Assembly: GCF_009914755.1 (NCBI RefSeq) | Contig: NC_060926.1 | Strand: one strand, 5' to 3' | DNA length: 64,000 bases | Source of the DNA: the human T2T-CHM13v2.0 reference genome, Homo sapiens | Part shown: positions 11,960-26,900 of the stretch, in pieces | Layout: every line of letters starts with the position of its first letter | Numbering within the stretch: the first letter of the stretch is position 1 | Position numbers and translations under genes: made by a program | The notes under the pieces: generated by a model | Database searches by the model: none | What the model was told of the DNA's origin: nothing | Seen by the model: the letters and a program-made list of their open reading frames with translations, nothing else

Positions 11960-14900
11960 TTCAATTCCATTTGATGATTCCATTTGATTCCATTAGAGGA
12001 TTCCACTCAATTCCATTCGATGATGATTCCATTCGAGTCCATTCAATGATTCCATTCCAGTCCATTTGATGATTCCATTCGATTCCATTCGACGATGATT
12101 CCATTAGAGTCCATTCAATGATTCAATTCAATTCCATTCGATTCCATTCGATGATGATTCCATTAGAGTCCATTCGAGGATTCCATTCAATTCCATACGA
12201 CGATGTTTCCATTCGAGTCCATTCGATGATTCCATTCGAGTCCATTCGATGATTCCATCTGATTCCATTCAATGAGGACACAATTCGAGTCCCTTTGTTG
12301 ATTTCATTTGATTCCGTTCTATGATGACTGCATTCGGTTCCATTTGATGATGATTCCAATGGATTCCATTCGATTTCTCCATTAGATTCCATTCCTTGCT
12401 GATTCCATTCCATTCCATTAGATGATGACTCCACTAGATTCCATTCAATGATGATTTCATTAGACTCCATTTGATGATGATCCAATTTGATTCTATTCAA
12501 TGATGATTCTATTCGATTCCATTCAATAATTTCATTCGATTCCATTCGAAGATTCCATTCGATTCCATTCAATGGTGATTCCATTTGTGTCCAATCGATG
12601 ATTCCATTCGATTCCATTCGATGATAATTCCATTTGAGTCCATTCGATGATTCCATTCGATTCCATGCAATGAAGATTCCATCGAGTCCATTCGATGATT
12701 TCATTTGATTCCGTTAGATGATGACTGCATTTGGTTCCATGATTCTAACGGACTCCATTTGATGACTCCATTCGATTCCATTCATTGATGATTCCATTCG
12801 ATTCCATTTCATGATGATTCCATTCGATTCCATTCGATGATGATTCGATTCGATTCCATTTGATGATGATTCCATTCGATTCCATTCGATGATGATTCCA
12901 TTGGATTCCATTCGATGATTCCATTTGATTACATTCGATGATGATTCCTTTTGGGTCCATTTGATGATTCCATTCTATTACATTCGATGATGATTCCATT
13001 TGATTATTCCATTCAACTCCATTTAATGTTTTCTTTCGATTCCACTCAATGTTGATTCCATTTGAGTCCATTCGATGATTCCATTCGAGTGCATTCCATG
13101 ATTTCATTCGATTCCATTCGAAGCTGATTCCATGCGATTCCATTCAATGATTCCATTTGATTTCATTTGATGATGATTACATTAGATTCCATTCGATGAT
13201 TCCATTCGAGTCCATTCAATGATTCCATTCGAGTCCATTAAATGATTCCATTTGATTCCATTAGATGATGACTCCATTCAAGTCCATTCAATGATGATTC
13301 CATTTGATTCCATTCGATGATTCCATTTGATTCCATTCGATGATTCCGTTGGATTCCATTCTTTGTTTTATTTTGATTCGTTTTGATAATGATTCCATTC
13401 TGTTTCATTCAATGATCCCATTTGATTCTATTCGATGATGTTTCCATTCGATTCCATTTGATGATGATTCCATTCGATTCCATTCGATGATTAAATTCGA
13501 TTCCATTCGAGACCATTCGATGATTCCATTCAATTCCATTCAATAATGATTCCATTCGGGTCCATTCGATGATTCCATTCAAGTCCATTCGATGATTCCA
13601 TCTGATTCCATTCAATGAATCCATTTGATTCCATTCTATGATGATTCCATTCGTTTCCATCCAAAGATGATTCCATTCGATTCCATTCAATGATTCCATT
13701 CGATTCCATTTGATGATAATTCCAATCAATTCCATTCAATGATTCCATTCGATTCCATTCGATGATGAGTCCATCCATTTCTATTTCATGATAATTCCAT
13801 TCGTTTCAATTCGAAGGTGTTTCCATTCTATTCCATTCGATGTTGATTCCATTAGTTTCCATTGGATGATGATTCCATTCGAGTCCATTCAATGATGATC
13901 ACATTTGATTTCATTCCATAATTCTATTCGATTCCATTTGATGATGATTCCATTCGTTTCCATCCGATGATGATTCCATTTGATTCCATTCGATGACTAT
14001 TCCATTCGAGTCCATTTGATGATTCCATTCGATTCCATTTGATGATGATTGCATTCGAGTCCATGGATTATTCCATTCCATTCCATTCCATTCGATGATT
14101 CCAATCGAGTCCATTTGATGATTCTCTTCAATTCCATTCGATAATTCCATTTGATTCCATTTGATGTTGATTCCATTCGAGTCCATTTGATGATTATTCC
14201 ATTCGATTCTATTTGGTGATTCCATTCGATTCCATTTGATAATGATTCCATTTGAGGCCATTCAATGATTCCATTCAATTCATTCGATGACTCCATTCGA
14301 TTCCATTCATTGATGATTCCATTCGATTCCATTTGATGATGATTGCATTCGATTTCATTCGATGATGATTCCATGTGATTCCATTCGATGATGACTCCTT
14401 TCAGTTCCATTTGATGATGATTCCATTAGGTTCCATTCGATGATGATTCCTTTGGATTCCATTCAATGATGATTCCTTTTGACTCCATTTGATGTTGATT
14501 CTTTTCTATTCCATTTGATGATGATTCCATTTGATGCCATTCAATGATGATTCCATTGGATTCCATACGATGATGATTCCATTTGAGTCCATTTGATGAT
14601 TCCATTCAATTCCATTTGATGATGATTCCATTCGATTCCATTCAATGATTCCATTTGATTCCTTTTGATGATTATTCCATTCGAGTCCATTCGGTGATTC
14701 CTTTTGATTCCAATTGAAGATGATTCCATTCAATTCCATTCAATGATACCATTTGATACCATTCATTGATGAATCCATTTGAGTGCATTCCATGATACCA
14801 TTCGACCCCATTCAATGATGAATCCATTCGATTTCACTCGATGATTCCATTCAATTCCATTCCATGATGATTCCATTCGAGTCCATTTGATGATTCCATT

Positions 14901-17900
14901 TGACTCCATTTGATGATGATTCCATTCAATGATTCCATTCGATTCTATTCAATGATGATTCCATTCAATTCCATTCGATTATTCCGTTTGATTCCATTCG
15001 ATGATTCCATTTGATTACATTCAAGGATGATTCCATTCTATTCCAATCAATGATGACCGCAATCAATTGCATTCGATGATTACATTTGATTCCATTCGAT
15101 GAAGATTGTGATCGATTACATTCGATGATTCCATTCAATTCCATTCGATGATGACCGCAATCAATTGCATTCTATGATTACATTTGATTCCATTCGATGA
15201 AGATTGTGATCGATTACATTCGATGATTCCATTCAATTCCATTCGATGATTCCATTTGATTCCATTCGATAATGATTTCATTGGAGTCCATTCGATGATT
15301 CCATTCGAGCCCATTTGATAATTCCATTTGAGTCCAATCCATGATTCCATTTGAGTCCATTCAATCATTCCGTTTGAGTCCATTCGATGATGATTCCATG
15401 TGAGTCCACTCGATCATTCTTTTTGAGTCCATTTGATGATGATTCCATTCGAGTCCTTTCGATGATTCCATTCGATTCCATTCGGTGATGATTCCATTCG
15501 AGTCCATTCGATGATTCCATTTGATTTCATTCGATGATGGTTCCATTCAATTGCATTGAATGATTCCATTCTATTCCATTTGATGATGATTCCATTCGAG
15601 TCCACTCAATGATTCCATTCGGGTCCATTTAATGATTCCATTGCGTTCAATACGATGATGATTACACTGGATTCCATTCTATGATTCCATTCGATTTCTT
15701 TCGTTGATGATTCCATTCAATTCCATTCGATGATGATTCCATTTGATTTCATTTGATGATTATATTTGATTCCATTCGATGAAGATTCAATTCTATTACA
15801 TTGGATGATTCCATTCGATGATGTTTCCATTTGATTCCATTCGATGATGATTCCATTCAATTACATTGGACGATGAATCCATTCAATTCCATTCGATGAT
15901 GATTCCATTCTATTCCATTAGATGATGATTCCATTCAATTTCATTCGATGATTCCATTCGATCCCATTTGATGATGTTTCAATTCTATTCCTTTGGATGA
16001 TTCCATTCTATTCCATTCGATGATGATCCCATTTGATTCCATTCGATGATGATTCCATTCGATTCCATTCGATGATGATTCCATTTGATTACATTCGATG
16101 ATGATTCCATTCGATTCCATTCGATGATGATTCCATTCAATTACATTCGATGATGATTCCATTCGATTCCATTCGATGATGATTCCATTCGATTCCATTC
16201 GATGATAATTCCATTCACTTGCATTCGATGATGATTTAAATTGAGTCCATTCGAAGATTCCATTAGATTCCAATCGATCATGACTCCATTCGAGTCCATT
16301 CGATGATTCCATTCCATTCCTTTCCATGATGATTCCATTCGATGCCATTCAATGATTCCATTTGATTCCATTCATTGATGATTCCATTCGAGTCCATTCT
16401 CTGATTCCACTAGGTTCCATTTGATGATTATTCCACTTGAGTCCATTCAATGATTCCATTCAATTCCATTCGTTGATTATTCCATTCGAGTCCATTCGAT
16501 GATTCCATTCGAGTCCATTCGATGATGATTCCACTCGAGTCCATTAGATTATTCCATTCGAGTCCATTTGATTATTCCCTTAGATACCATTCATTGATGA
16601 TTCTATTCAATGCCATTTGATGTTTCCATTTGGTTCCATTTGAGGATATTTCCATTTGATTCCATTCAATGATTCCATTGGATTCCATTCAATGATGATT
16701 CCACTCGTGTCCATTCAATGATTCCATTTGATTCCATTCAATGATGATTCCACTCGAGTCCATTCGATGATTCCATTCGATTCCATTTGATGTTGATTAC
16801 ATTCGAATCCATTCGTTGATTCCATCCGATTCCATTTGATGATTCCTTTTGATCCCGTTGGATGATTCCCTTTGATTCCATTCGATGATCACTCCATTCA
16901 ATTCAGTGATCCCATTGGATTCCATTCGATGATGATTCCATTAGATTCCACTGCATGATGGTTCCATTCGGTTCCATGTGATGATGATTCCATTAGATTC
17001 CATTCGATGATTCCATGAGATTCCATTTGTTGATGATTCCATTCGATTCCATTCGATGATGATTCCATTCGATTCCATTCGATCATGATTCCATTCAATT
17101 CCATTCGATGATGATTCCCTTTGATTTCATTCGATGATTCTATTTGATTCCATTCGATGATGATTCCATTCTATTCCATTTGAGGATTCCATTCGATTCC
17201 TTTCTGTGATGATTCTATTCGACTCCATTTGATAATGATTCCATTTGATTCCATTCGATGACGATTCCATTCATGTCCATTCGATGATTCCAATCAATTC
17301 TATTCAATGATGATTCCAAACGTATCCGTTAGATGATTCCATTTGATTCCATTGGATGATGATTCCTTTCGATGCCATTCGATGATTCCCTTCGATTTCA
17401 TTTGATGATGATTCCATTCGATTCCATTCGATGATTCCATTTGATGATGATACCATTCGATGCCATTCAATGATTCCATTCGATTCCATTTGATGATTCC
17501 ATTCAATTCCATTCGATGATGATTCCATTCGAGTCCATTCAATGCTTTCATTCGATTCCATTCGATGATGATTGCATTCGAGTCCATTCGATGATTCCAT
17601 TTGATTTCATTCGAAGATGATTCCATTTGATTCCATTCAATGGTGATTCCATTTGAGTCCTTCGATGATTCCATTTGATTCCATTCGATGATGATTCCAT
17701 TCGATGCCATTCAATGATTCTATTCGATTGCATTCAATGATGATTCCATTTGAGTCAATTCAATGACTCCATTCAAGTCCGTTTGATGTTTCCTTTCAAT
17801 TCCATTCGATGATGATTCCATTCGAGTCCATTTGATGATTCCATTCAATTCAATTCGATGATGATTCCATTCGAGCCCATTCGTTGCTTCCATTTGATTT

Positions 17901-20900
17901 CATTCGATGATGATTCCATTCGATTGTATTTGATGATTCCATTCTATTCCAATTGATGATGATTCCATTCTATTCCAATCGATGATGATTCCATTCGAGT
18001 CCATTTGATGATTCCATTCGCGTCCATTTAATGATTCCATTGGGTTCAATTCAATGATGATTACATTGGATTCCATTCTATGATTCCATTCGATTCCATT
18101 CATTGATGATTCCATTTGACTCCACTCGATGTTGATTCCATTCAATTTCATTCAATGATTCTATTCGATTCCATTCGATGATGATTCCATTCTATTCAAT
18201 TCGATGATTCCATTAGATTCCACTCGATGATGATTACATTCGATTTCATTCAATGATTCTATTTGATTCCAGTCGATGATGAACCCATTCTATTCAATTC
18301 CATGATTACATTCGATTCCATTCGATGATGATTCCATTCGATTCCATTCGATGACGATTCCATTTGATTGCATTAGACGATGATTCCATTTGGGTCCATT
18401 CAAAGATTCCGTTCAATTACATTCCATGACGATTCCATTCAAGTCCATTTGATGATTCCATTCGACTCCATTTGATGATGATTCCATTCGATGCTATTCT
18501 ATGATTCCATTCGATTTCATTTGATGATGATTCCATTCAACTCCATTCGATGATTTCATTCCAGTTCATTCGATTATTCCATTAGATTCCATTCAATGAT
18601 GATTCCATTCAAATCCATTTGATGATTCCATTCGATTCCATTCGATGATGATACTATTCGAGTCCATTCGATGATGACTGCATTCGATTCCATTCGATGA
18701 TTCCATCTTATTACATTCGATGAAGATTCTGATCGATTCCATTCAATGATTCCATTCAATTCCATTTGATTATTCCATTTCATTCCATTCGATAATGATT
18801 CCATTCGAGTCCATTTGATGATTCCATTCGAGCTCATTTGATAATTCCATTTGAGTCCAATCCATGATTCCATTCGAGTCCATTCGATCATTCCATTTGA
18901 GTCCATTCGATGATGATTCCATTCTAATCCATTCGGTGATTCCATTCAAGTCCATTCGATAATTCCATTTCAGTCCATTCGATGATGGCTTTTGATTCCA
19001 TTCGACGATATTCCTTTTGAGTCCATTCAATGATTCCATTTGATTCTATTCGATGATGATTCCTTTCATCTCCATTTGGTGATTCCATTCGATTTCATTC
19101 AATGATGATTCCTTTCAAATCCATTAGATGATTCCTTTCAAGTCCATTAGATGATTCCTTTCAATTCCATTTGATGATGATTCCATTCGAGTCCATAAAG
19201 TGATTCCATTCGATTCCATTCGATGATGATTCCATTAGATTCCATTCGATGATTCCATTTGATTCCATTCAATAATGATTTCATTCGAGTCCATTTGATG
19301 ATTCCATTTGATTCCATTCAATAATGATCTCATTCGAGTCCATTTGATGATTCCATTTGATTCCATTCAATGATGATTCCATTCGATTCCATTCGATAAT
19401 TCCATTGGATTCCATTTGATGATGATTTCATTCGAGTCCATTCGATGATTCCATTTGATTCCATTCGATGATGATTCCGTTCGAGTCCATTTGATGATTC
19501 TATTCAAATCCATTTGATGATTGCTTTTGATTATATTCGATGATGATTCCATTCGAGTCCATTCAATGATTCCATTCAATTCCATTCGATGATGATTCCA
19601 TTCGAGTCCATTTGATGATTCTATTTGATTCCATTCTCTGATGATTACATTCGAGTCCATTCGATGATTCCACTCAATTCCATATGATGATGATTCCATT
19701 TGATTCTATTCGATGATTCCATTCGAGTCCATTTGATAATTCCATTTCAGTCCATTCGATGATGGCTTTTGATTCCATTTGACGATATTCCTTTTGAGTC
19801 CATTCAAAGATTCCATTTGATTCTATTCGATGATGATTCCTTTTGTCTCCATTTGGTGATTCCATTCGATTTCATTCAATGCTGATTCCTTTTGAGTCCA
19901 TTAGATGATTCCTTTCAATTCTATTTGATGATGATTCCATTCGAGTCCATACAGTGATTCCATTCAATTCCATTCAATGATGATTCCATTCAATTCTATT
20001 CGATGATTCCATTCTATTCCATTCGATAATGATTTCATTCGAGTCCATTTGATGATTCCATTTGATTCCATTCAATGTTGATTCCATTCGACTCCATTCG
20101 ATGATTCCATTGGATTCCATTTGATGATGATTCCATTTGAGTACATTCGATGATTCCATTTGATTCCATTCAATGATGATTCCATTCGAGTCCATTTGAT
20201 GATTCTATTCAAAACCATTTGATGATTGCTTTTGATTATATTTGATGATGATTCCATTCGAGTCCATTCAATGATTCCATTTGATCCCATTCGATGATGA
20301 TTCCATTCGAGTCCATTTGATGATTCTATTTGATTCCATTCTCCGATGATTACACTCAAGTCCATTTGATGATTCCACTCGATTCCATACGATGATGATT
20401 CCATTCGATTCCATTCGATGATTCCATTCTATTCCATTCCATGATGATTCCATTCGAGTACATTAGATGATTCCATTGAATTCCATTCGATGATGATTCT
20501 ATTCGTGCCCATTAGATGATTACACCCGATTCCATTTGATGATGATACTATTCGAGTCCATTCGATGATTCCATTTGATTCCATTCAATGATGATTCCAT
20601 TCGATTCCATTCATTGGTGATTCCATTCATTTCCATTCGTTGATTCCATTCCATTCCATTCGACAGTGATTCCATTCGATTCTAATTGATGATTCCACTC
20701 AATTCCACTTGACGATGATTCCATTAAATTTCATTCTATGATTCCATTTGATTCCATTCGATGATGATTCCTTTCTATTCAATTTGATGATTCCATCTGA
20801 TTCTATTCGAGGATTCCATTCGATTCGATGACTTCATTCAAGTCCATTCAATGATTACATTCGAGTCCATTTGATGATTCCATAAGATTCCATTTTATGA

Positions 20901-23900
20901 TGATTCCATTAGAGTCCATTCAATGACTCCATTCGAGTCCATTCGATAATTCCATTCGAGTCCATTCAATGATTCCATTCGATTCCATTTGATGATTCCA
21001 TTCGAGTCCATTTGATCATTACATTCAAGTCCATTCAGTGAATCCATTGGATTTCTTTTGATGATGATCCCATTAGATTCCATTTCATGATGATCCCATT
21101 CGATTCCATTCGATGATGATTCCATTCAAATCCATTCAATGATTTCGTGCGATTCCATTCAATGATGATTCCATTCGAGTCCATTCGATGATTCCATTCG
21201 ATTCCCTTAGTTGTTTCCATCCAATTTCATTTGATGATGATTCCATTCGAGTCCATTCAATGATTCCATTTGATTCCATTTGATGATTCCATTGGAGTCC
21301 ATCCGATTATTCCATTAGAGTCCAATTGATGATTCCATTCGATTCCTTTTGATGATAATTCCATTTGAGTCCATTCAATGATCATTCCCTTCGATTCCGT
21401 TCAATGATTCCATTCGATTCTATTCGATGATTCCCTTCGATTCCTTTCCATGATGATTCCATTCCATTCCATTCAATGATTCCATTTGATTCTATTCCAT
21501 GATGATTCCTTTCAATTCCATTCTCTGATGCTTCCATTCGATTCCATTCGATGACGACTGCATTCGGTTCCATTTGATGATGATTCCAAAGGATTCCATT
21601 CGATTTCTCCATTTGATTCCATTCATTGATGATTCCATTCGATTCCATTACATGATGATTCCATTAGATTCCCCATTCAGTGATGATTCCATTTGATTCC
21701 ATTCGATGATGATTCCATTCGATTCCATTCAATGATGATTCCATTCAGCGATGATTCCATTCGGTTCTATTTGATGATTATTCCATTCGAGTAAATTCAA
21801 TTATTCCATTTGATACCATTCGATGATGATTCCATTCAAGTCCATTTGATGATTCCCTTCAATTCCATTTGATGATGATTCAATTTGATTCCACTCGATG
21901 ATGATTCCATTTGAGTCCATTCGATGATTCCACTCGATTCCATTCGATGAAGATTCCATTTGATTCCATTCGATGATTCCATTCTATTCTTTTGATGATT
22001 ATTCCATTCGTGTCCATTCCGTGATTGATTTCGATGCCAATTGAAGATGATTCCATTCGATTCCATTTGATGATACCATTCGATACCAATCATTGACGAT
22101 TCCATTCGAGTGCATTTGATCATACTATTCGATTCCATTCGATGATGATTCCATTCAAATCCATTTGATAGTGATTCCATTTGGGTCCATTCAATCATTC
22201 CATTTGATTGCATTCGACAATGATTCCATTTGAGTACATTCAGTGATTCTATTCAAGTCCATTTGATGATTCCTTTCGATTCCATTCGATGATGATTCCA
22301 TTCGAGTCCATTCGATGATTCCTTTCAATTCCGTTCGATGATGATTCCCTTCGAGTCCATTCGATGATTGCATTCGAGTCCATTCAATGGTTCTATTTGA
22401 TTCCATGCGATGATGATTCCATTGAGTCCATTCGATGATCCATTTGATTCCAGTTGATGATGACTGCCTTCGGTTCCATTCGATGATGATTCCAACGGAC
22501 TCCATTTGATGACTCCTTTCGATTCCATTCACTGATGATTCCATTCGATTCCATTCGATGGTGATTCAATTTGATTCCATTTAATCATGATTCCATTCGA
22601 TTCCATTTGATGTTTCCATTTGATTCTGTTCAATGATGATTCCATTTGAGTCCATTCGATGATGATTCCATTCGATTCCATTATATGATGATTCCATTCG
22701 ATTCCATTTGATGATGATTCAATTCGATTCCATTCAATGATGATTCCATTCGAGTCCATTCGATGTTTCCTTTCGATTCCACTCGATGTTGATTCCATTT
22801 GAGTCCATTCGATGATTCCATTCGAGTGCATTCCATGATTTCATTGGATTCCATTCTATGATGATTCCATTCAATTCCATTTGATGATTCCATTTGAGTC
22901 CATTAAATGATTCCATTCGATTCCATTCGATGATGACTCCATTCGAGTTCTTTCAATGGTGATTCCTTTCGATTACATTCAATGAGTCTGTTGTAGTCCA
23001 TTCTTTGCTTTACTTCGATTCTTTTTGATGATGATTCCATTCGATTTCATTCGATAATCCCATTCGATTCTATTCGATGATGACTCCATTCGATTCCATT
23101 TGATCAAAATTCCATTTGATTCTATTCGACAATGATTCCATTCCATTCTATTCGATGCCGATTCTATTTGATTCCATTCGATGATGATTCCATTCGAGAC
23201 CATTCGATGATTCCATTCAATTCCATTCAATGATGATTCCATTCAAGTCCATTTGATGATTCCATTCAAAACCATTCGATGATTCCATCTGATTCCATTC
23301 GATGATGATTCCATTCAAGTCCTTCCGATGATTCCATTCGATTCCATTCCATGATGATTCCATTGAAGCCCAGTCGATGATTGCATTCAAGTCCATTTGA
23401 TGATTCCATTCGATTCCATTCGATTATGATTCCATTCAATTCCATTCGATGATGACTCTGTTCAGATCCATTTGATGATGAATCCATTCGATTCCTTTCA
23501 ATGATGATTCCATTAAGTTACATTCGATGATGATTCCATTGGATTCCATTCGATGATGATTCCATTTTATTCCATTTGATGATGATTCCTTTTGATTTCA
23601 TTCGATGATTCCATTTGAGTCCATTCGATGATGATTCCACTCTATTCCCTTCAATGATTCCATTTGATTCCATTCGATGATGATTCTATTCGATTCCATT
23701 TGATGATGATTCCATTCTATTCCATTCGGTGATGTTTCCATTTCTGTCCATTCGATGTTTCCATTAGATTCCAATTGATGATTATTCCATTCGAGTCTGT
23801 TAGATGATTCCATTTGATTCCATTCTATGATGATTCCATTCGGTGCCATTCGATTATTCCATTTGATTTCATTCAATGATGATTCCATTGATTTCTTTTT

Positions 23901-26900
23901 GATGATTCCTTTCCATTACACTCGATGATTATTCCATTCGAGTCCATTTGATGATTCCATTCGATTCCATTAGATGGTGACTCCATTCGTGTCCATTCGA
24001 TGATTCAATGCAATTTCATTTTATGATGATTACATTCGGTTCTATTCAATGATTCCATTCGATTCCATTTGATGATGATTCCATTCGAGTCCATTCTATG
24101 ATTCCATTCAATTCTATTCGATGATTATTCCATTCTAGTCCATTAGATGATTCCATTCGATTCCATTTGATGATGATTCCATTCAAGTCCATTTGATGCT
24201 TCCATTCGAGTCCATTTGATGATTCCATTCGAGTCCAATTTTTCATTCCATTCAATTCCCATCGATGATGATTCCGTATTATTCCATTCGATGATGATTC
24301 CATGTGATTCCATTCAATGATGATTGCATTCTAGTCCATTTGATGATTCCATTCGGTTCCATTTGATGATGATTCCATTCAGTTCCATTAATTGGTGATT
24401 CCATTCATTTCCATTCATTGATTCCATTCCATTCCATTCGACAATGATTCCACTCGATTCCATTTGATGATTCCACTTGATTAAACTTGATGATGATTCC
24501 ATTCGATTCTATTTGATGATTCCATTTGATTCTATTAGATGATGATTCCATTCAATTCCTTTCAATGATGATTGCATTCGATTCCATTCGATGATTCCAT
24601 TTGATTCCATTTGATGATGATTCCGTTCTATTCCAATTGATGATTCCATTTGATTCCATGAGGTTTTCACTCGATTCCATTCGATGATGATTCCCTTCAA
24701 GTCCATTCAATGATTCCGTTTGATTCCATTTGATGATTCCTTTCAATTCCATTCCATGATGATTCCATTAGAGTCCATTCTAGGATTCCATTGGATTCCA
24801 TTTGATTCCATTCAATGATTGTTCCATTAGAGTCTATTCAATGATTCCATTTGATTCCATTCAATGATGTTTCCATTCGAATCCATTAGATGATTCCATT
24901 CGAGTCCATTCGATGATTCCATCTGATTCCATTCAATGATGATTCCATTCGAGTCCCTTCATTGATTCCATTCGATTCCATTCTCTGATGACTACATTCG
25001 GTTCCATTCAATGATGATTCCAATGGATTACATTCGATTTCTCCATTCGATTCCATTCCTTGCTGATTCCATTCAATTCCTTTAGATGATGACTCCATTA
25101 GATTCCATTTGATGATGATTTCATTAGATTCCATTTGAGAACGATTCCATTCAATTCTATTCAATGATGATTCTATTCGATTCCATTTGATGGTGATTCC
25201 ATTCGTTTCCATTCGATGATTCCATTCGATTCCATTCGATGATGATTCCATTCGAGTCCATTCAATGATTCCATTCAAGTCCATTTGATAATTCCTTTTG
25301 ATTCCATTTGACGATGATTCCATTCGAGATCATTCGATGATTCCATTCAAGTCCATTTGATGATGATTCCATTCGAGTTCATTCGATGATTCCATTTGAT
25401 TTCATTTGATGATGATTCCATTCGAATCTCTTCGATGATTCCATTCTTTTCGATTCAATGATGATTCCATTTGAGTCCATTCAGAGATGCAATTCGAGTC
25501 CATGGAATGATTCCATTGGGTTCAATTTGATGAAGATTACATGGGATACCATTCGATGATTCCATTCTATTCCATTCGTTATGATTCCATTCGATTCATG
25601 TCAATGATGACTGCATTCGATTCCATTCATTGATGATTCCATTCGATTCCATTTGATGATGATTCCATTCGATTCCATTTGATGATGATTCCATTCGATT
25701 CCATTTGATGATGATTCCATTCGATTTCATTCGATGATTCTATTCGATTCCATTCGATGATGATTCAATTATATTCCATTCGAGGATTCCATTCGATTCC
25801 ATTCGATGATGATTCCATTTGATTCCATTCGATGCTGATTCCATTCGATTGCTTTCAATGATGATTCCATTCGAGTGCGTTCGAAGATTCCATTTGATTC
25901 CATTCGATCATGATTCCATTCGGGTCCTTTCAAAGATTATATTCGATTCCATTTGATGATGATTCCATTCGTATCCATTCGATGATTCCATTCCATTACA
26001 TTTGATGATGATTCTATTCGATTCCATTTGATGATTATTCCATTCAATTCCATTCAATGATGATTCGATTTGATTTCATTTGATGATTCCATTTGTTTCC
26101 ATTCGGAGATGATTCTATTCTATTCCATTCGATGATTCCATTTGATTCCATTCGATGAGGATTCTATTTGATTCCATTTGATGATGATTCCATTCGATTC
26201 CATTCGATAGTGATTCCATTTGTGTCCGTTGGATGCTTCTATTTGATTCCATTCGATGATGATTCCATTCGAGTCTGTTAGATCATTTTATTCGATTTCA
26301 TTCAATGATGATTCCATTCGAATCCATTTGATGATTCCATTCCATTCCATTTGATGATGATTCCATTCGGGTCCATTCAATGATTCCATTCAATTCTATT
26401 TGATGATGATTCCATTTGATTCCATTTTATGATTCCATTCGATTCCATTTGATGAGCATTCCATTCGTGTCCATTTTATGATTCCGTTTGATTTCATTCA
26501 ATGATGCTTCCATTTGAGTCCATTCGATGATTCTATTTGAATCCATTTGATGATTGTTTTCAATTATGTTCGATAATGATTCCATTCGAGTCCATTCGAT
26601 GATTCCATTTGATTCCATTCGATGAGTATTCCATTCGGGTCCATTAGGTGATTCCATTCAATTCCATTCAATGATGATTCCATTCAAGTCCATTCGATGA
26701 TTCCATTCGATTCCATTCGATGATGATTCCATTTGGGTCCATTAGATGATTCCATTCGATTCCATTCAATGATGATTCCATTCGAGTTCATTCGATGATT
26801 CCATTCAATTCCATTCTCCAATGATTTCATTCTATTCCATTCTATGATGATTCCACTCGATTCCATTTGATGGTGATTCCATTCAAGTTCATTTGATGAT

